This document shows positions 40,364 through 49,521 of a DNA stretch of 64,000 nt, piece by piece. The notes beneath the pieces are model-generated. The model made no database searches. It saw only the letters and a program-made list of their open reading frames with translations, and was not told where the DNA came from. The translations under genes were made by a program, and so were the position numbers. Numbering within the stretch: position 1 is the first letter of the stretch; every line of letters begins with the position of its first letter. Location: contig OZ243956.1 in the NCBI GenBank assembly GCA_965214405.1, positions 544,001 to 608,000 on the forward strand. Direction: 5' to 3'. Source of the DNA: Trueperaceae bacterium (lineage in GTDB: Bacteria; Deinococcota; Deinococci; Deinococcales; Trueperaceae).

Positions 40364-40921
40364 ATGAACGCCCCGCCGCCCAAAGCTTCTAAAAAAGTAT
40401 GGCGGCGTTGGGCCAAGGAGACGCGGGCGAGCTTGTCAAAGGATGCGCTGAGTTCGAGGGTTGTGGAGGCGCTCGAGCTTTGGCCCCTCTACCAAGAAGC
40501 GGCCCACGTGCTGACCTACGCTGCGTTTGGCTCTGAAATTAACCTTTCCACCCTACAAAACAAACGGTTTTACCTTACCCGCACGGGTGAGACGCCCCAG
40601 CAGGGTCTTACGGTGCATGAGGTGGCGGGGGGGCTCGAGCTTCATCCCTACGGCTATCATCAACCCTTTGCCACTGCGGACGTTGTACCACCCGAACATA
40701 TAAACCTAGCCCTCGTCCCCGGCCTCTGCTTTGATGAGCGCGGCGCGCGCCTCGGTTACGGCCTCGGCTACTACGACCGCCTGCTCCCGCTCTTGCTTAG
40801 GGGCGTGCCCATCGTCGGCGTGACGGCGGAGGCGCTGGTGGTGCCTGAACTTCCCCTAGACGCTTTTGACTTTCCTATGACCCACCTTGTGACCGAGAGA
40901 GGGGTGAGGCGGGTGGGGTAG
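40364..40921 (+). CDS. 5-formyltetrahydrofolate cyclo-ligase
   Basis: LVPGLCFDERGARLGYGLGYYDR. Confidence 0.92.
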   Translation: MNAPPPKASKKVWRRWAKETRASLSKDALSSRVVEALELWPLYQEAAHVLTYAAFGSEINLSTLQNKRFYLTRTGETPQQGLTVHEVAGGLELHPYGYHQPFATADVVPPEHINLALVPGLCFDERGARLGYGLGYYDRLLPLLLRGVPIVGVTAEALVVPELPLDAFDFPMTHLVTERGVRRVG

Positions 40922-40931
40922 GCCCTGAGTC

Positions 40932-41597
40932 CTACAGATTGGGCAAGACCTCCGTCCACACCCCAAACAGACCGATACCGACCAGCAGAAGGCCCGATAT
41001 CCGCGTCAGCAGCTTGTAGTTTCGGGTGAGCCAGCCCGTCGAGCGCCGCTGTAAGGGCAGCGCCACGAGCGGCAGCACGACGAGCGGCCAGCCGAAGCCG
41101 AGGCCGAAAAAGAGAAAGTAAACGAGGCCGTCCGCGAGCACCGCGAAACTCCCCGCACCCACCAAAAAGGCGCTCAAAATCACCGGCCCCGCGCAGGGCA
41201 GCGTCATGGGGCCGAGCAGGAGGCCGTAGACGTAAGCGGACCAATACGGGTTCCTCAAAAGGGGTGTCTGAAACGTCCCCAACCTGGCAAAAGGATTCAC
41301 CCCCGCGAGCATCATGAGTCCCAGCACGATGACCGCGCCGTAGATGACCGGGAGGAGCCAGGGCAAAACCGCGCCGAAAGAGCGTTGGAGCAAAAAGAGC
41401 AGCCCCCCGACGAGCGTCATCAGCGTGAGGATACCCGCCAGCACGAATATCCCCAACCAGCCCGTCGCGCGTTTGGACGCTTCATTGTTCGCGTTGCCCG
41501 CCAGGAAAGCGATGAGCCCAGGGTAGAGGGGCAACATACAAACGTTGGTAAGAATCGCCCCGTTGCCCAACAAAAAAGCCGAAAGGAGAACGCCCAC
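40932..41597 (-). CDS. CcdA/DsbD-beta type transmembrane disulfide reductase
   Basis: TNVCMLPLYP and TLPCAGP paired Cys; six TM segments. Confidence 0.85.
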   Translation of the reverse strand: MGVLLSAFLLGNGAILTNVCMLPLYPGLIAFLAGNANNEASKRATGWLGIFVLAGILTLMTLVGGLLFLLQRSFGAVLPWLLPVIYGAVIVLGLMMLAGVNPFARLGTFQTPLLRNPYWSAYVYGLLLGPMTLPCAGPVILSAFLVGAGSFAVLADGLVYFLFFGLGFGWPLVVLPLVALPLQRRSTGWLTRNYKLLTRISGLLLVGIGLFGVWTEVLPNL

Positions 41598-41603
41598 GGC
41601 CCT

Positions 41604-42125
41604 CTACTCGGTTTGGGCGAGTTGAGCCACGAGCGCGTCGGCGGATTCTATGCCTGTGACTAAGTCCGTCGTGCTACCGTCCGGTCGGATGATGAAGTGC
41701 GGCGTCGAGGGCGGGGAGGTGATAGCGCGTCCAAAGGTGTCCACAAGCGCGCGCAAGAGTTCGGGCGTTATGACCGCAAAACGCAGGTCGAAACCCTCTT
41801 TTTCGGCGTACGCCGCCAGCGCCTCGTTGCTGAGGTTTCCTTCGATGCTCAGCGCGATGAATTCAACATCCTCGCCCACCTCTTGTTTGGCGGCGTTCAC
41901 GTTGCCGAGCTGACGGCGGCAGTTGGTACACCAGGTCGCCATCGGCTCGACGAATACCGGCTTGCCTTCAAAGCCGCCCAGCGTAAAGGTCTCCCCGGTA
42001 CGCGCGTCGGTGAGCTCTAAGCTCTGCCACGCGGGGCGCGTTTCTCCGGCTTGCCCCCCCGTTTGCGCGAGTGAAACCGTGAATGCAAAGGTGAGAAGCA
42101 TGACTAAAACGTTTCGTAGGATCAT
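41604..42125 (-). CDS. Exported TlpA/ResA-like thioredoxin
   Basis: Signal peptide; ATWCTNC; STPHF cis-Pro loop. Confidence 0.85.
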   Translation of the reverse strand: MILRNVLVMLLTFAFTVSLAQTGGQAGETRPAWQSLELTDARTGETFTLGGFEGKPVFVEPMATWCTNCRRQLGNVNAAKQEVGEDVEFIALSIEGNLSNEALAAYAEKEGFDLRFAVITPELLRALVDTFGRAITSPPSTPHFIIRPDGSTTDLVTGIESADALVAQLAQTE

Positions 42126-42369
42126 CTGTCGCTCCTTTCGGTTGTACTTTTACAAAGGTTTAGCGTTACAAACGAATCCTACAGGAACGCAGCCGCCCGC
42201 ACCGTCAAGCGTTTAACGCCGAATATAAATAAAGCACGCCCGTCACGCGACTCAAACGGACGTGTTCTGGTGGGGGTATCGGCCGTGAGTGTTTGCTCTG
42301 AGTGATGGAATTTTGAGTGATGGAATAAAGACGGGGTACAGCCAAGATGTGTAAGGCAGAGGCCGCGAG

Positions 42370-42387
42370 CTAGGACTTTGGTCCTAG
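42370..42387. promoter_or_regulatory. Candidate NarL-family response regulator site
   Basis: Perfect palindrome CTAGGAC-TTTG-GTCCTAG between divergent operons. Confidence 0.6.
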
Positions 42388-42600
42388 ACGCACCTACGCC
42401 CTCCGCCCCAGGCACACGCCTTCCTCCGCGACTACGCTTACGTAGAGGAGGTTGGCTGTGACCCTAAACAGCAGTCAGTTTATGAATTCGCAGGAACTTT
42501 CATTCGCCAGAGCCTCCACGCTCGAGCCCACTCCTAACTCCACCGACCGTAAACCATCACGTATCCTTCTAAATCCCAAAGATTTCACCGGAGCCCTCGC

Positions 42601-43359
42601 ATGAGCCGCGTTGCCATGATTACTGGAGCGAGTCGGGGGCTGGGATATACGCTCGCAAACTTCTTGGCCGCGCAGGGGTACGCCCTCGTCATTGACGCTC
42701 GAGACGCCGAAGCCCTCAGCAGAGCGGCGGAAACCTTTCGCGCGCACGGCGCAACCGTCACCGCGGTGGCGGGCAGCGTGACCGACGCGGCGCACCGACG
42801 CGCACTTCTTCGGGCGGCGCGTGAGTCGGGCGGCCTCGAGCTGCTCGTCAACAACGCGTCAACCCTCGGGCCGAGCCCGCTGCCGACCCTGGCGGACTAT
42901 CCGTTGGAGCGTCTGCGTGAGGTGTTCGACACCAACGTCATCGCGCCCCTGGCGCTCGTGCAGGAGGCGCTGCCGCTCCTCGAGGTGACGCGGGGCTTTA
43001 TTGTCAACGTAACGAGCGACGCCGCGTTGGGGGGCTACGAAGGTTGGGGCGGGTACGGCTCGAGCAAAGCCGCCTTAGACCTCGTCAGCAAAACTTTGGC
43101 GAACGAACTTAAAGAAAGTGGGGTAAGCGTCGTGAGTGTGGACCCCGGCGATATGCGGACCAACATGCACCAGGAGGCGTTTTCTGGTGAGGACATCTCG
43201 GACAGGCCCACGCCCGACGTGACGCTGCCCTTTTGGGCCTGGCTGTTGGGGCAAGGTCGAGACGCCGACCGAGATGTCAACGGCGGGCGCTTCCAAGCCC
43301 AGGCCGACCGCTGGACGCTGCCCGCCGGAGACGTGAAAGTAGAAGAGGTGGAGGCGTGA
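42601..43359 (+). CDS. Short-chain dehydrogenase/reductase
   Basis: TGASRGLG, NNAS, YGSSK, DPGDMRT. Confidence 0.93.
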   Translation: MSRVAMITGASRGLGYTLANFLAAQGYALVIDARDAEALSRAAETFRAHGATVTAVAGSVTDAAHRRALLRAARESGGLELLVNNASTLGPSPLPTLADYPLERLREVFDTNVIAPLALVQEALPLLEVTRGFIVNVTSDAALGGYEGWGGYGSSKAALDLVSKTLANELKESGVSVVSVDPGDMRTNMHQEAFSGEDISDRPTPDVTLPFWAWLLGQGRDADRDVNGGRFQAQADRWTLPAGDVKVEEVEA

Positions 43360-44414
43360 GAGTCGCCGACCTCGATTTCGCCCGTCCCGCTCACCTTCAG
43401 GCCACGCAGCCACCCGAGGCGCGGGGTGGAGCGCGCGACGGCGTGCGGCTTTTGGTCAGCACGCCAGAGGGTCATCACCACAGCGCCTTTACAAACCTCG
43501 CCAACTTTCTAAACCCCGGCGACCTGCTGGTGGTCAACCGCAGCGCCACACTGCCTGCGAGCCTCCCTGCCGAGGGCGCATTTGGCCCCTTTCTGCTCAA
43601 CCTGTCCACCCGCTACGGCGCGGGCGTGTGGCTGGCCGAACCGCGCCCCAACGTCGCCACGCCCGGTCCTCTCCCGCTTGGGTCGGGCGACGCGGCGACC
43701 GTGGGCGGGTTGCGGGCCACCTTTCTGGCACCCTACCCCGGCCTCCCCCGCTTGTGGTTCGTGAGGTTTGAAGGGGGCACGTCTGAAGGAGACGCTGAAG
43801 AAGCCGTGACGGAAGCGATGAGGCGCTACGGCGAGCCGATTCGTTACGGGTACCTTGAAGAGGCTCAGGCCCTCGAGCACTACCAGACACTGTTCGCCGA
43901 CACCCCCGGTTCCGCCGAGATGCCCTCAGCCGCGCGCCCCTTTAGCCAGCGCGTGGTAGAACGTTTGACCGGCAAGGGCGTCCGCATCGCCTCGCTCATC
44001 CTGCACGCGGGGGTCTCGAGCCTCGAGCTAACCCAGGGCGATCTCGCCGACCAGACGCTCCCGCCCGAGCCGTTCGAGGTCCCGGCGGCCACGGCGCGGC
44101 TCGTCAACGAAACCAAAGCCGAGGGGAACCGCGTGGTCGCGGTGGGCACCACCGTGGTGCGGGCGCTGGAAACCGCGTGGGACGGTCAAGAGGTGACGCC
44201 GAGCCGGGGCTTTACCCGCCTCTACATTCATCCGGGGCGCAGGGTCAACGTTGTGGATGGCCTCATCAGCGGGTTTCACGACCCCGAGGCGAGCCACTTA
44301 GCCATGCTCTACGCCGTCGCCAGACCCTTCCTCGTGCGGGAGGCGTACGGTGAGGCTGTAAATACGGGTTACTTGTGGCATGAGTTTGGCGACAGCCATC
44401 TGATGCTGCCATGA
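43356..44414 (+). CDS. QueA-like protein (divergent paralog of SAM:tRNA ribosyltransferase-isomerase)
   Basis: GDLLVVN, YQTLFA, VAVGTTVVRALE conserved; other QueA motifs altered. Confidence 0.85.
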   Translation: MRVADLDFARPAHLQATQPPEARGGARDGVRLLVSTPEGHHHSAFTNLANFLNPGDLLVVNRSATLPASLPAEGAFGPFLLNLSTRYGAGVWLAEPRPNVATPGPLPLGSGDAATVGGLRATFLAPYPGLPRLWFVRFEGGTSEGDAEEAVTEAMRRYGEPIRYGYLEEAQALEHYQTLFADTPGSAEMPSAARPFSQRVVERLTGKGVRIASLILHAGVSSLELTQGDLADQTLPPEPFEVPAATARLVNETKAEGNRVVAVGTTVVRALETAWDGQEVTPSRGFTRLYIHPGRRVNVVDGLISGFHDPEASHLAMLYAVARPFLVREAYGEAVNTGYLWHEFGDSHLMLP

Positions 44415-44848
44415 CCTGCACCCACCTTGTCTTACACGTTGGCGACCTCTCAGCCACCAGGCGTTTTTACGTCACGGCGTTGGGGTGCGAAGAGAGGCGG
44501 TTCGCGCCCGATGAAGGGTTCCTAAGCATCGCGGTGGGCGCGTTCATCATCAACTTTTACGAAATCAGCAAACTTGCCCCTGACCGCTCGCTTCCCGACG
44601 CCTACGCGGCGGGCGTGAGTCACCTTGGTTTCGAGGTGGCGACGAGAGAACTCGTTGAAACCCATTTTCAAGCTTTGAATAGTGCGGCTTATCCTTTGTT
44701 TGGTCGTGTGTTTGGTCGTGGGAAAAGGTATTTCAAAGATTTGCAGGGTCTACGCAACACGCAAACGCCCGGACCTTACAGATTTTATGTTCACGACCCC
44801 GATGGTTACCCCGTCGAAATTCACACCTGGGAAGGGGCGGACGAATGA
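44411..44848 (+). CDS. VOC/glyoxalase family protein
   Basis: HLVLHVGDL..TRRFY, HLGFEV, FYVHDPDGYPVE; ATGA coupling. Confidence 0.85.
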   Translation: MTCTHLVLHVGDLSATRRFYVTALGCEERRFAPDEGFLSIAVGAFIINFYEISKLAPDRSLPDAYAAGVSHLGFEVATRELVETHFQALNSAAYPLFGRVFGRGKRYFKDLQGLRNTQTPGPYRFYVHDPDGYPVEIHTWEGADE

Positions 44849-45252
44849 TTCAAGGACTTGACCACCTGGCGCTCGCCGTTTCCGATTTACCTCGAGCCGT
44901 CTCTTTCTACTGCGACGTGCTGGGAATGCGCCCGGTGGACGGCCGCAATCCTGCCGAGGAGGCTTACTTTTGGGTCAACTTCGGTTTTGGACAAACGCTC
45001 AATTTGGCGCTCTATCCCGAAGGCACGCCGAACGCCCTCGGCACTTCACACGATCCCTCTCGCAGCCCTCACGCCGCGTTCGCCGCCCCCGAAGAGAGCT
45101 TGAGCATCCTCAAAGCGCGCCTCGAGGCGGGGGGCGTTGAAGTCCGCGAATCTCGCACCGGGCTCTACTTTAGCGACCCCGACGGAAACTCTTTAGAAGT
45201 GACCTGCTGGCGTGAGCATGTTTTGAAGCGTTCGGGACAAGCCCATTGGTAG
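44845..45252 (+). CDS. VOC/glyoxalase family protein
   Basis: LDHLALAVSDL..AVSFY, HAAF, YFSDPDGNSLE; ATGA coupling. Confidence 0.88.
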   Translation: MIQGLDHLALAVSDLPRAVSFYCDVLGMRPVDGRNPAEEAYFWVNFGFGQTLNLALYPEGTPNALGTSHDPSRSPHAAFAAPEESLSILKARLEAGGVEVRESRTGLYFSDPDGNSLEVTCWREHVLKRSGQAHW

Positions 45253-45316
45253 ATTGGAAAGGCGTGGCTCGAGGGGTGGCGCAAAGAGGAGCCTGGGGTG
45301 CGCTAACATGAGAGGG

Positions 45317-46465
45317 ATGGAAAGCACGTCAGAAAGTGCGCTCGAGCGGCGCGTGTCCGAACTCTCGACGCTCAACGCCATTGGCGAAATCCTGAACGAG
45401 GCGGAGTTTGCCGAGGCGTTGGGGCGGGCGTTGGCGCGGCTCGTGGCGCTGTTAGGGCTCGAGGCGGGCTGGGTTTTTCTCACGCGGGTGGCGCAGGGCG
45501 ACGCCCACGGGGGCGGTTTACGCGCCGCCGCGATGACCGGGCTCCCGCCTGCGCTCGCTCAACATGACGCGGCACCTCTTTGCGAGGGAAGCTGCGACTG
45601 CCAGTGGCTTTTCCGGCGCGGCAAGCTGGACAAAGGCGTCAACATCGTCCATTGCAGCCGCTTGGAGGCCGCGACGGGTGACAAGGCGGGTTTGGAAATC
45701 CACGCCAGCATCCCGCTGTTGGGGCAACGGGGGCCGGTGGGCATCTTGAACGTGGCCGCGCCGGGGCGTGAGCCGTTTGACGACGACACTTTGAAGTTTC
45801 TCACCACGGTCGGGCGGCAGCTCGGCGTCGCCTTCGAGCGTGCGAGGCTTCAGGACGAGCGCACGCGCGAGGCGCGCCACTTGGCCGCGGTAGAGGAGCG
45901 GCAGCGTTTGGCAACCGAGATGCACGACTCGGTCACGCAGCTCCTTTTTGCCGCCGACTTGTCCTTACGCGTCGCCAGGGACGACCCCGACGAGGCGCAG
46001 CGAGAGAAAAGTTTGGACAGGAGCGCCGACCTGGTCCACAGCGCGTTGGGGGAGCTTCGCGGCCTCGTCGAGGTGCTGCGCCCGCCCCTGACGGCTGATT
46101 TGCCGACGCTCCTCAAACGTCTCGCGCAGCGCGTCCCGGAGGGCGTCACGGTGCATCTAGAAACCGAGCCGCTGCCGCTCGACACTGGGCAAACCGAAGC
46201 GCTCTACCGCGTAGCGCAGGAGGCGGTTCACAACACGCTCAAACACGCCGAGGCAACGCATCTGTGGCTGGGGCTCGAGAGGCGCGGCTCTACCATTATC
46301 CTGAGCATCAAAGACGACGGACGCGGCTTAGACGGCAAAAAAACGGGCGGCTTCGGTTTCGAAACGATGCGCGGGCGCGCGGCCTCACTGGGCGGCGCGC
46401 TCAATATAACAAACCGTCCACGCGGCGGCCTCAAAGTCGAGGTGACGTTTCCGTGGCGGGGTTAG
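45317..46465 (+). CDS. Cytoplasmic GAF sensor histidine kinase (HisKA_3), AirS/YhcY-like
   Basis: GAF with C-x3-CxC-x17-C; ERQRLATEMHDSV H-box; QEAVHNTLKH, DDGRG, GFG. Confidence 0.9.
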   Translation: MESTSESALERRVSELSTLNAIGEILNEAEFAEALGRALARLVALLGLEAGWVFLTRVAQGDAHGGGLRAAAMTGLPPALAQHDAAPLCEGSCDCQWLFRRGKLDKGVNIVHCSRLEAATGDKAGLEIHASIPLLGQRGPVGILNVAAPGREPFDDDTLKFLTTVGRQLGVAFERARLQDERTREARHLAAVEERQRLATEMHDSVTQLLFAADLSLRVARDDPDEAQREKSLDRSADLVHSALGELRGLVEVLRPPLTADLPTLLKRLAQRVPEGVTVHLETEPLPLDTGQTEALYRVAQEAVHNTLKHAEATHLWLGLERRGSTIILSIKDDGRGLDGKKTGGFGFETMRGRAASLGGALNITNRPRGGLKVEVTFPWRG

Positions 46466-47076
46466 TCAGCACGCTTCTTATCATCGACGACCACCCGGTG
46501 GTGCGCGAAGGGCTCAAGGCGTTCTTAAACTTACAGAGCGATTTGGACGTGATTGGCGAAGCAGGAAATTTACAAGAGGGACTCGAGCGCGTGACCAGCC
46601 TCCAGCCCGATTTAGTTCTGCTCGACCTCGAGTTCGCCAGCGGGAGCGGTTTGAGCCTGTTGCCCAAGCTGCGCGCGCTCGAGCCGCCCCCGCGGGTGCT
46701 CGTCCTAACGAGTTTTTTGGATGAGGATTACGTGCGAAGGGCCGCGCAAGCGGGCGCGGCGGGTTTTCTGGTTAAACACGCCGGACCCGAAAAGCTTTTA
46801 GACGGTGTGCGCGCCGTTTTACGCGGCGAGATGGCCCTCGACCCAGAGGCCGTCACGCTATTGGCTCAACCCTTTGACGACCCCTTACGCGACCTCACCG
46901 CCCGCGAGCGCGAGGTGCTGGCGCTCGTGGCCGAGGGGCTGAGCAACAAGGGAATTGCGCAGCGGCTCGAGGTGGCCGAGAAAACCGTCAAAACCCACGT
47001 CAGCAGCGTGCTCGCCAAGCTGCGAGTAAAGGGCAGGACGCAGGCGGCTCTTTACGCTAAGGAGCGAGGGTGGTAA
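46453..47076 (+). CDS. NarL/FixJ family response regulator
   Basis: IDDH, LLD, LuxR HTH LTAREREVL...TVKTHVS. Confidence 0.93.
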   Translation: MAGLVSTLLIIDDHPVVREGLKAFLNLQSDLDVIGEAGNLQEGLERVTSLQPDLVLLDLEFASGSGLSLLPKLRALEPPPRVLVLTSFLDEDYVRRAAQAGAAGFLVKHAGPEKLLDGVRAVLRGEMALDPEAVTLLAQPFDDPLRDLTAREREVLALVAEGLSNKGIAQRLEVAEKTVKTHVSSVLAKLRVKGRTQAALYAKERGW

Positions 47077-47272
47077 GAACGGATGATGGTTTCGGCTCGA
47101 GCAGAAAGCTCACGCCCCCCACCTCAAAATTAAAGACTAAGGACGCCGCTAAGCTGAAGGGTGACAGAATTTCAGCGTCAGCTATCCGGCATAATGTAGC
47201 AGCGTCTCGAAACGCAGCTCAAAAATCAGAACTCATTCAAGACGCTTGCTCGTTTGTTCGTTTGGCAGCGGT

Positions 47273-47578
47273 TTAGTAGCGGTCGCGCCCGCCGCCGCCA
47301 CGGTTGCCACCGCCGCGGTTGCCGCCGCCGAAGCCGCCGCGGTCGCCGCGGTCATTGTCACGAACGGGCGCGGCGTTCGTCACGGTGACGTTGGACGCCT
47401 GCAAACCCTTTTGCCCCTGCTCGACCTGATATTCGACCTCGTCGCCTTCATTGAGGTTTCTGTAGCCCTGGCCCGCGATAGCCGAGAAGTGAACAAACAC
47501 ATCCGCGCCACCGTCATCCTGCTGGATAAAACCAAAACCTTTTTCACCGTTGAACCATTTTACTTTACCTGTCGGCAT
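47273..47578 (-). CDS. Cold-shock protein with a Gly/Arg-rich tail
   Basis: [24 protein letters not shown]-terminal RGG repeats. Confidence 0.95.
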   Translation of the reverse strand: MPTGKVKWFNGEKGFGFIQQDDGGADVFVHFSAIAGQGYRNLNEGDEVEYQVEQGQKGLQASNVTVTNAAPVRDNDRGDRGGFGGGNRGGGNRGGGGRDRY

Positions 47579-47667
47579 GTACCTTCTCCTGTGCCCAGCT
47601 TGAGATGCCAGATGAATTAACGCTGAACGTGTCTAAAAGCGTTGGAGTCTGGAACTGAACACCTCCT

Positions 47668-47696
47668 ATGGTATAGATTGCCGGGGGAGGTGTCAA
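47668..47696 (-). promoter_or_regulatory. Sigma70 promoter of the csp gene
   Basis: TTGACA-N17-TACCAT, leaving a leader of about 80 nt. Confidence 0.7.
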
Positions 47697-48027
47697 GCGG
47701 TTTGGCGCATTTGTAGCAGGCATCATCCCTTTTGAGCGAGGTTAGCCTTCCAGTTATCGTCTAGAACGTAGCTACAGTGGTGATGGCTGCGCTGAACTAT
47801 CTTAATAACGTCGCTTGCTGCTAGGAATTGTGTGCTAGACGTGGAAGAGAAAAATCACTTCAAAGCTTTTCAACACCAGGAAGCGTTAGGCACAGCACCT
47901 GCGAGTTTAGGTAGCAAACAACGTTAATACCGTCTGAAAACCGTTTTGTCGACGTTGCGCTCAGAATATTCTCTAATCCTCTCGAGCAACCTTTCAACCC
48001 CTGAATAATTTCGTACACTAATCACTT

Positions 48028-49521
48028 ATGAAACTTTTTACGGCGCAACAGATGCGAAGTGCCGACCAAGCCGCGGCAGACGCGGGTATGTCGTCGCTTT
48101 TGCTGATGGAAAACGCGGGGCGCGCGGTGGCTGAGGCGACGCGGCGGCACTGGCCCAACGCGAAACATATCCTGATTCTCTGCGGACGGGGCAACAACAG
48201 CGGCGACGGGTACGTGGCGGCGCGGCATCTCCTTTTGGCGGGACGGGAGGTGACGGTGCTCGAGCACGCCCGCCACCCCGATGACATGGGTTCAGACAAC
48301 AGCCGCGCGGCGCGGGGCGCGTGGCTCGCGCACGGTGAAGCGGGAGAGCTGAACGAAAAGAATCTCCGGGCGGCGCTGGGGCGTCATCATCTTGTTATAG
48401 ACGCGCTTTTCGGGAGTGGCTTATCGAGGGCGCTCGAGGACCCCTTCGCAAGCCTTGTCGAAGCGGTGAACGGGAGTAGTTTGCCCGTGCTCAGCGTGGA
48501 CGTGCCCAGCGGCGTGTCCGCGGACGAGGCCGAACTTAAGGGTCCGCACCTCCGGGCGACGCGGACGGTGCAACTGGCGGGGCCGAAGCGCTCTTCGGTG
48601 CTCCATCCCGCAAGCGAGGCGTACGGCGCGTGGGAGGTGGCCGACATCGGCATCCCCGAGGAGGTTTTGGAGGCCCAGTCGGACGTGCAGGTCCTTACCG
48701 AGGAGGACGTGGTGCGGTGGTTCCCGACCAGGGCGCAGGACACGCACAAGTACAAGGTGGGGACGGTGCTGGTCGTGGCCGGGTCGGAGGAATATTTGGG
48801 CGCGGCCGAGATGGCCTGTCGCGGGGCCTACCGCGCGGGGGCGGGGCTCGTCACGCTCGCCGCGGAGGGACGGCTGGCGGGGTCGTGGCCCGAGATCATC
48901 TTTGCGCCCCTCCATTGGGACGAGGACCCGCTGGCGGGGTTGGAAGATATTCCTGAAAAGCGGCGGCAGGTCCGGGTGATCGGGCCGGGCTTGGACAAGC
49001 GGGCGTTGGACGTGTTACCTCAGCTTATCGGCCAGAGTGGCGCGCCCACGCTGCTCGACGCTGGAGCGTTGGACGGCGGCGACGCCTGGTTTGAGGCGGT
49101 CAGGGGGCATGGTCGCTGCGTCCTGACGCCGCACGCGGGCGAGGCGGCGGGGCTGTTGGGCGGCAGCGCGGGAGACGTCCAGGCCGACCCCATCGGCAGC
49201 GCGCAGGAACTTGCGAAGAGGAGCCGCGCCGTCACCGTGCTCAAGGGCGCGACCACGACCATCGCTGCGCCGGATGGGCGGGTGGCGGTGAGCACGAGAA
49301 GTCACCCCGGCATGGCGACGGGCGGCGCGGGGGACGTGCTTTCGGGCTGCTTGGGCGCGTGGCTGGCAGGGGCAGACGATCTTTTTGGGCGAGCCTGCGC
49401 GGCGGTTTTCGTCCACGGCTTGGCGGGGCGGCGAGCGGCGGAAACGTACGGCGACGGCCTCGTGGCGACCGACTTGGTGGCGGCGTTTTCGCGGGTGTGG
49501 CTCGAGCTTTCTCGCCCATGA
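48028..49521 (+). CDS. nnr: Bifunctional NAD(P)H-hydrate epimerase/dehydratase
   Basis: LMENAG, GNNSGDG, DALFGSG, TPHAGE, ATGGAGDVL. Confidence 0.95.
   Translation: MKLFTAQQMRSADQAAADAGMSSLLLMENAGRAVAEATRRHWPNAKHILILCGRGNNSGDGYVAARHLLLAGREVTVLEHARHPDDMGSDNSRAARGAWLAHGEAGELNEKNLRAALGRHHLVIDALFGSGLSRALEDPFASLVEAVNGSSLPVLSVDVPSGVSADEAELKGPHLRATRTVQLAGPKRSSVLHPASEAYGAWEVADIGIPEEVLEAQSDVQVLTEEDVVRWFPTRAQDTHKYKVGTVLVVAGSEEYLGAAEMACRGAYRAGAGLVTLAAEGRLAGSWPEIIFAPLHWDEDPLAGLEDIPEKRRQVRVIGPGLDKRALDVLPQLIGQSGAPTLLDAGALDGGDAWFEAVRGHGRCVLTPHAGEAAGLLGGSAGDVQADPIGSAQELAKRSRAVTVLKGATTTIAAPDGRVAVSTRSHPGMATGGAGDVLSGCLGAWLAGADDLFGRACAAVFVHGLAGRRAAETYGDGLVATDLVAAFSRVWLELSRP

Noticed and set aside
43356..44414. 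Labelling the gene as canonical queA
   Set aside because: Several signature motifs differ and the context lacks tgt; kept as a paralog without a symbol
47070..47276. 68-aa ORF after the response regulator
   Set aside because: No SD or recognisable motif; lies in the convergent terminator region
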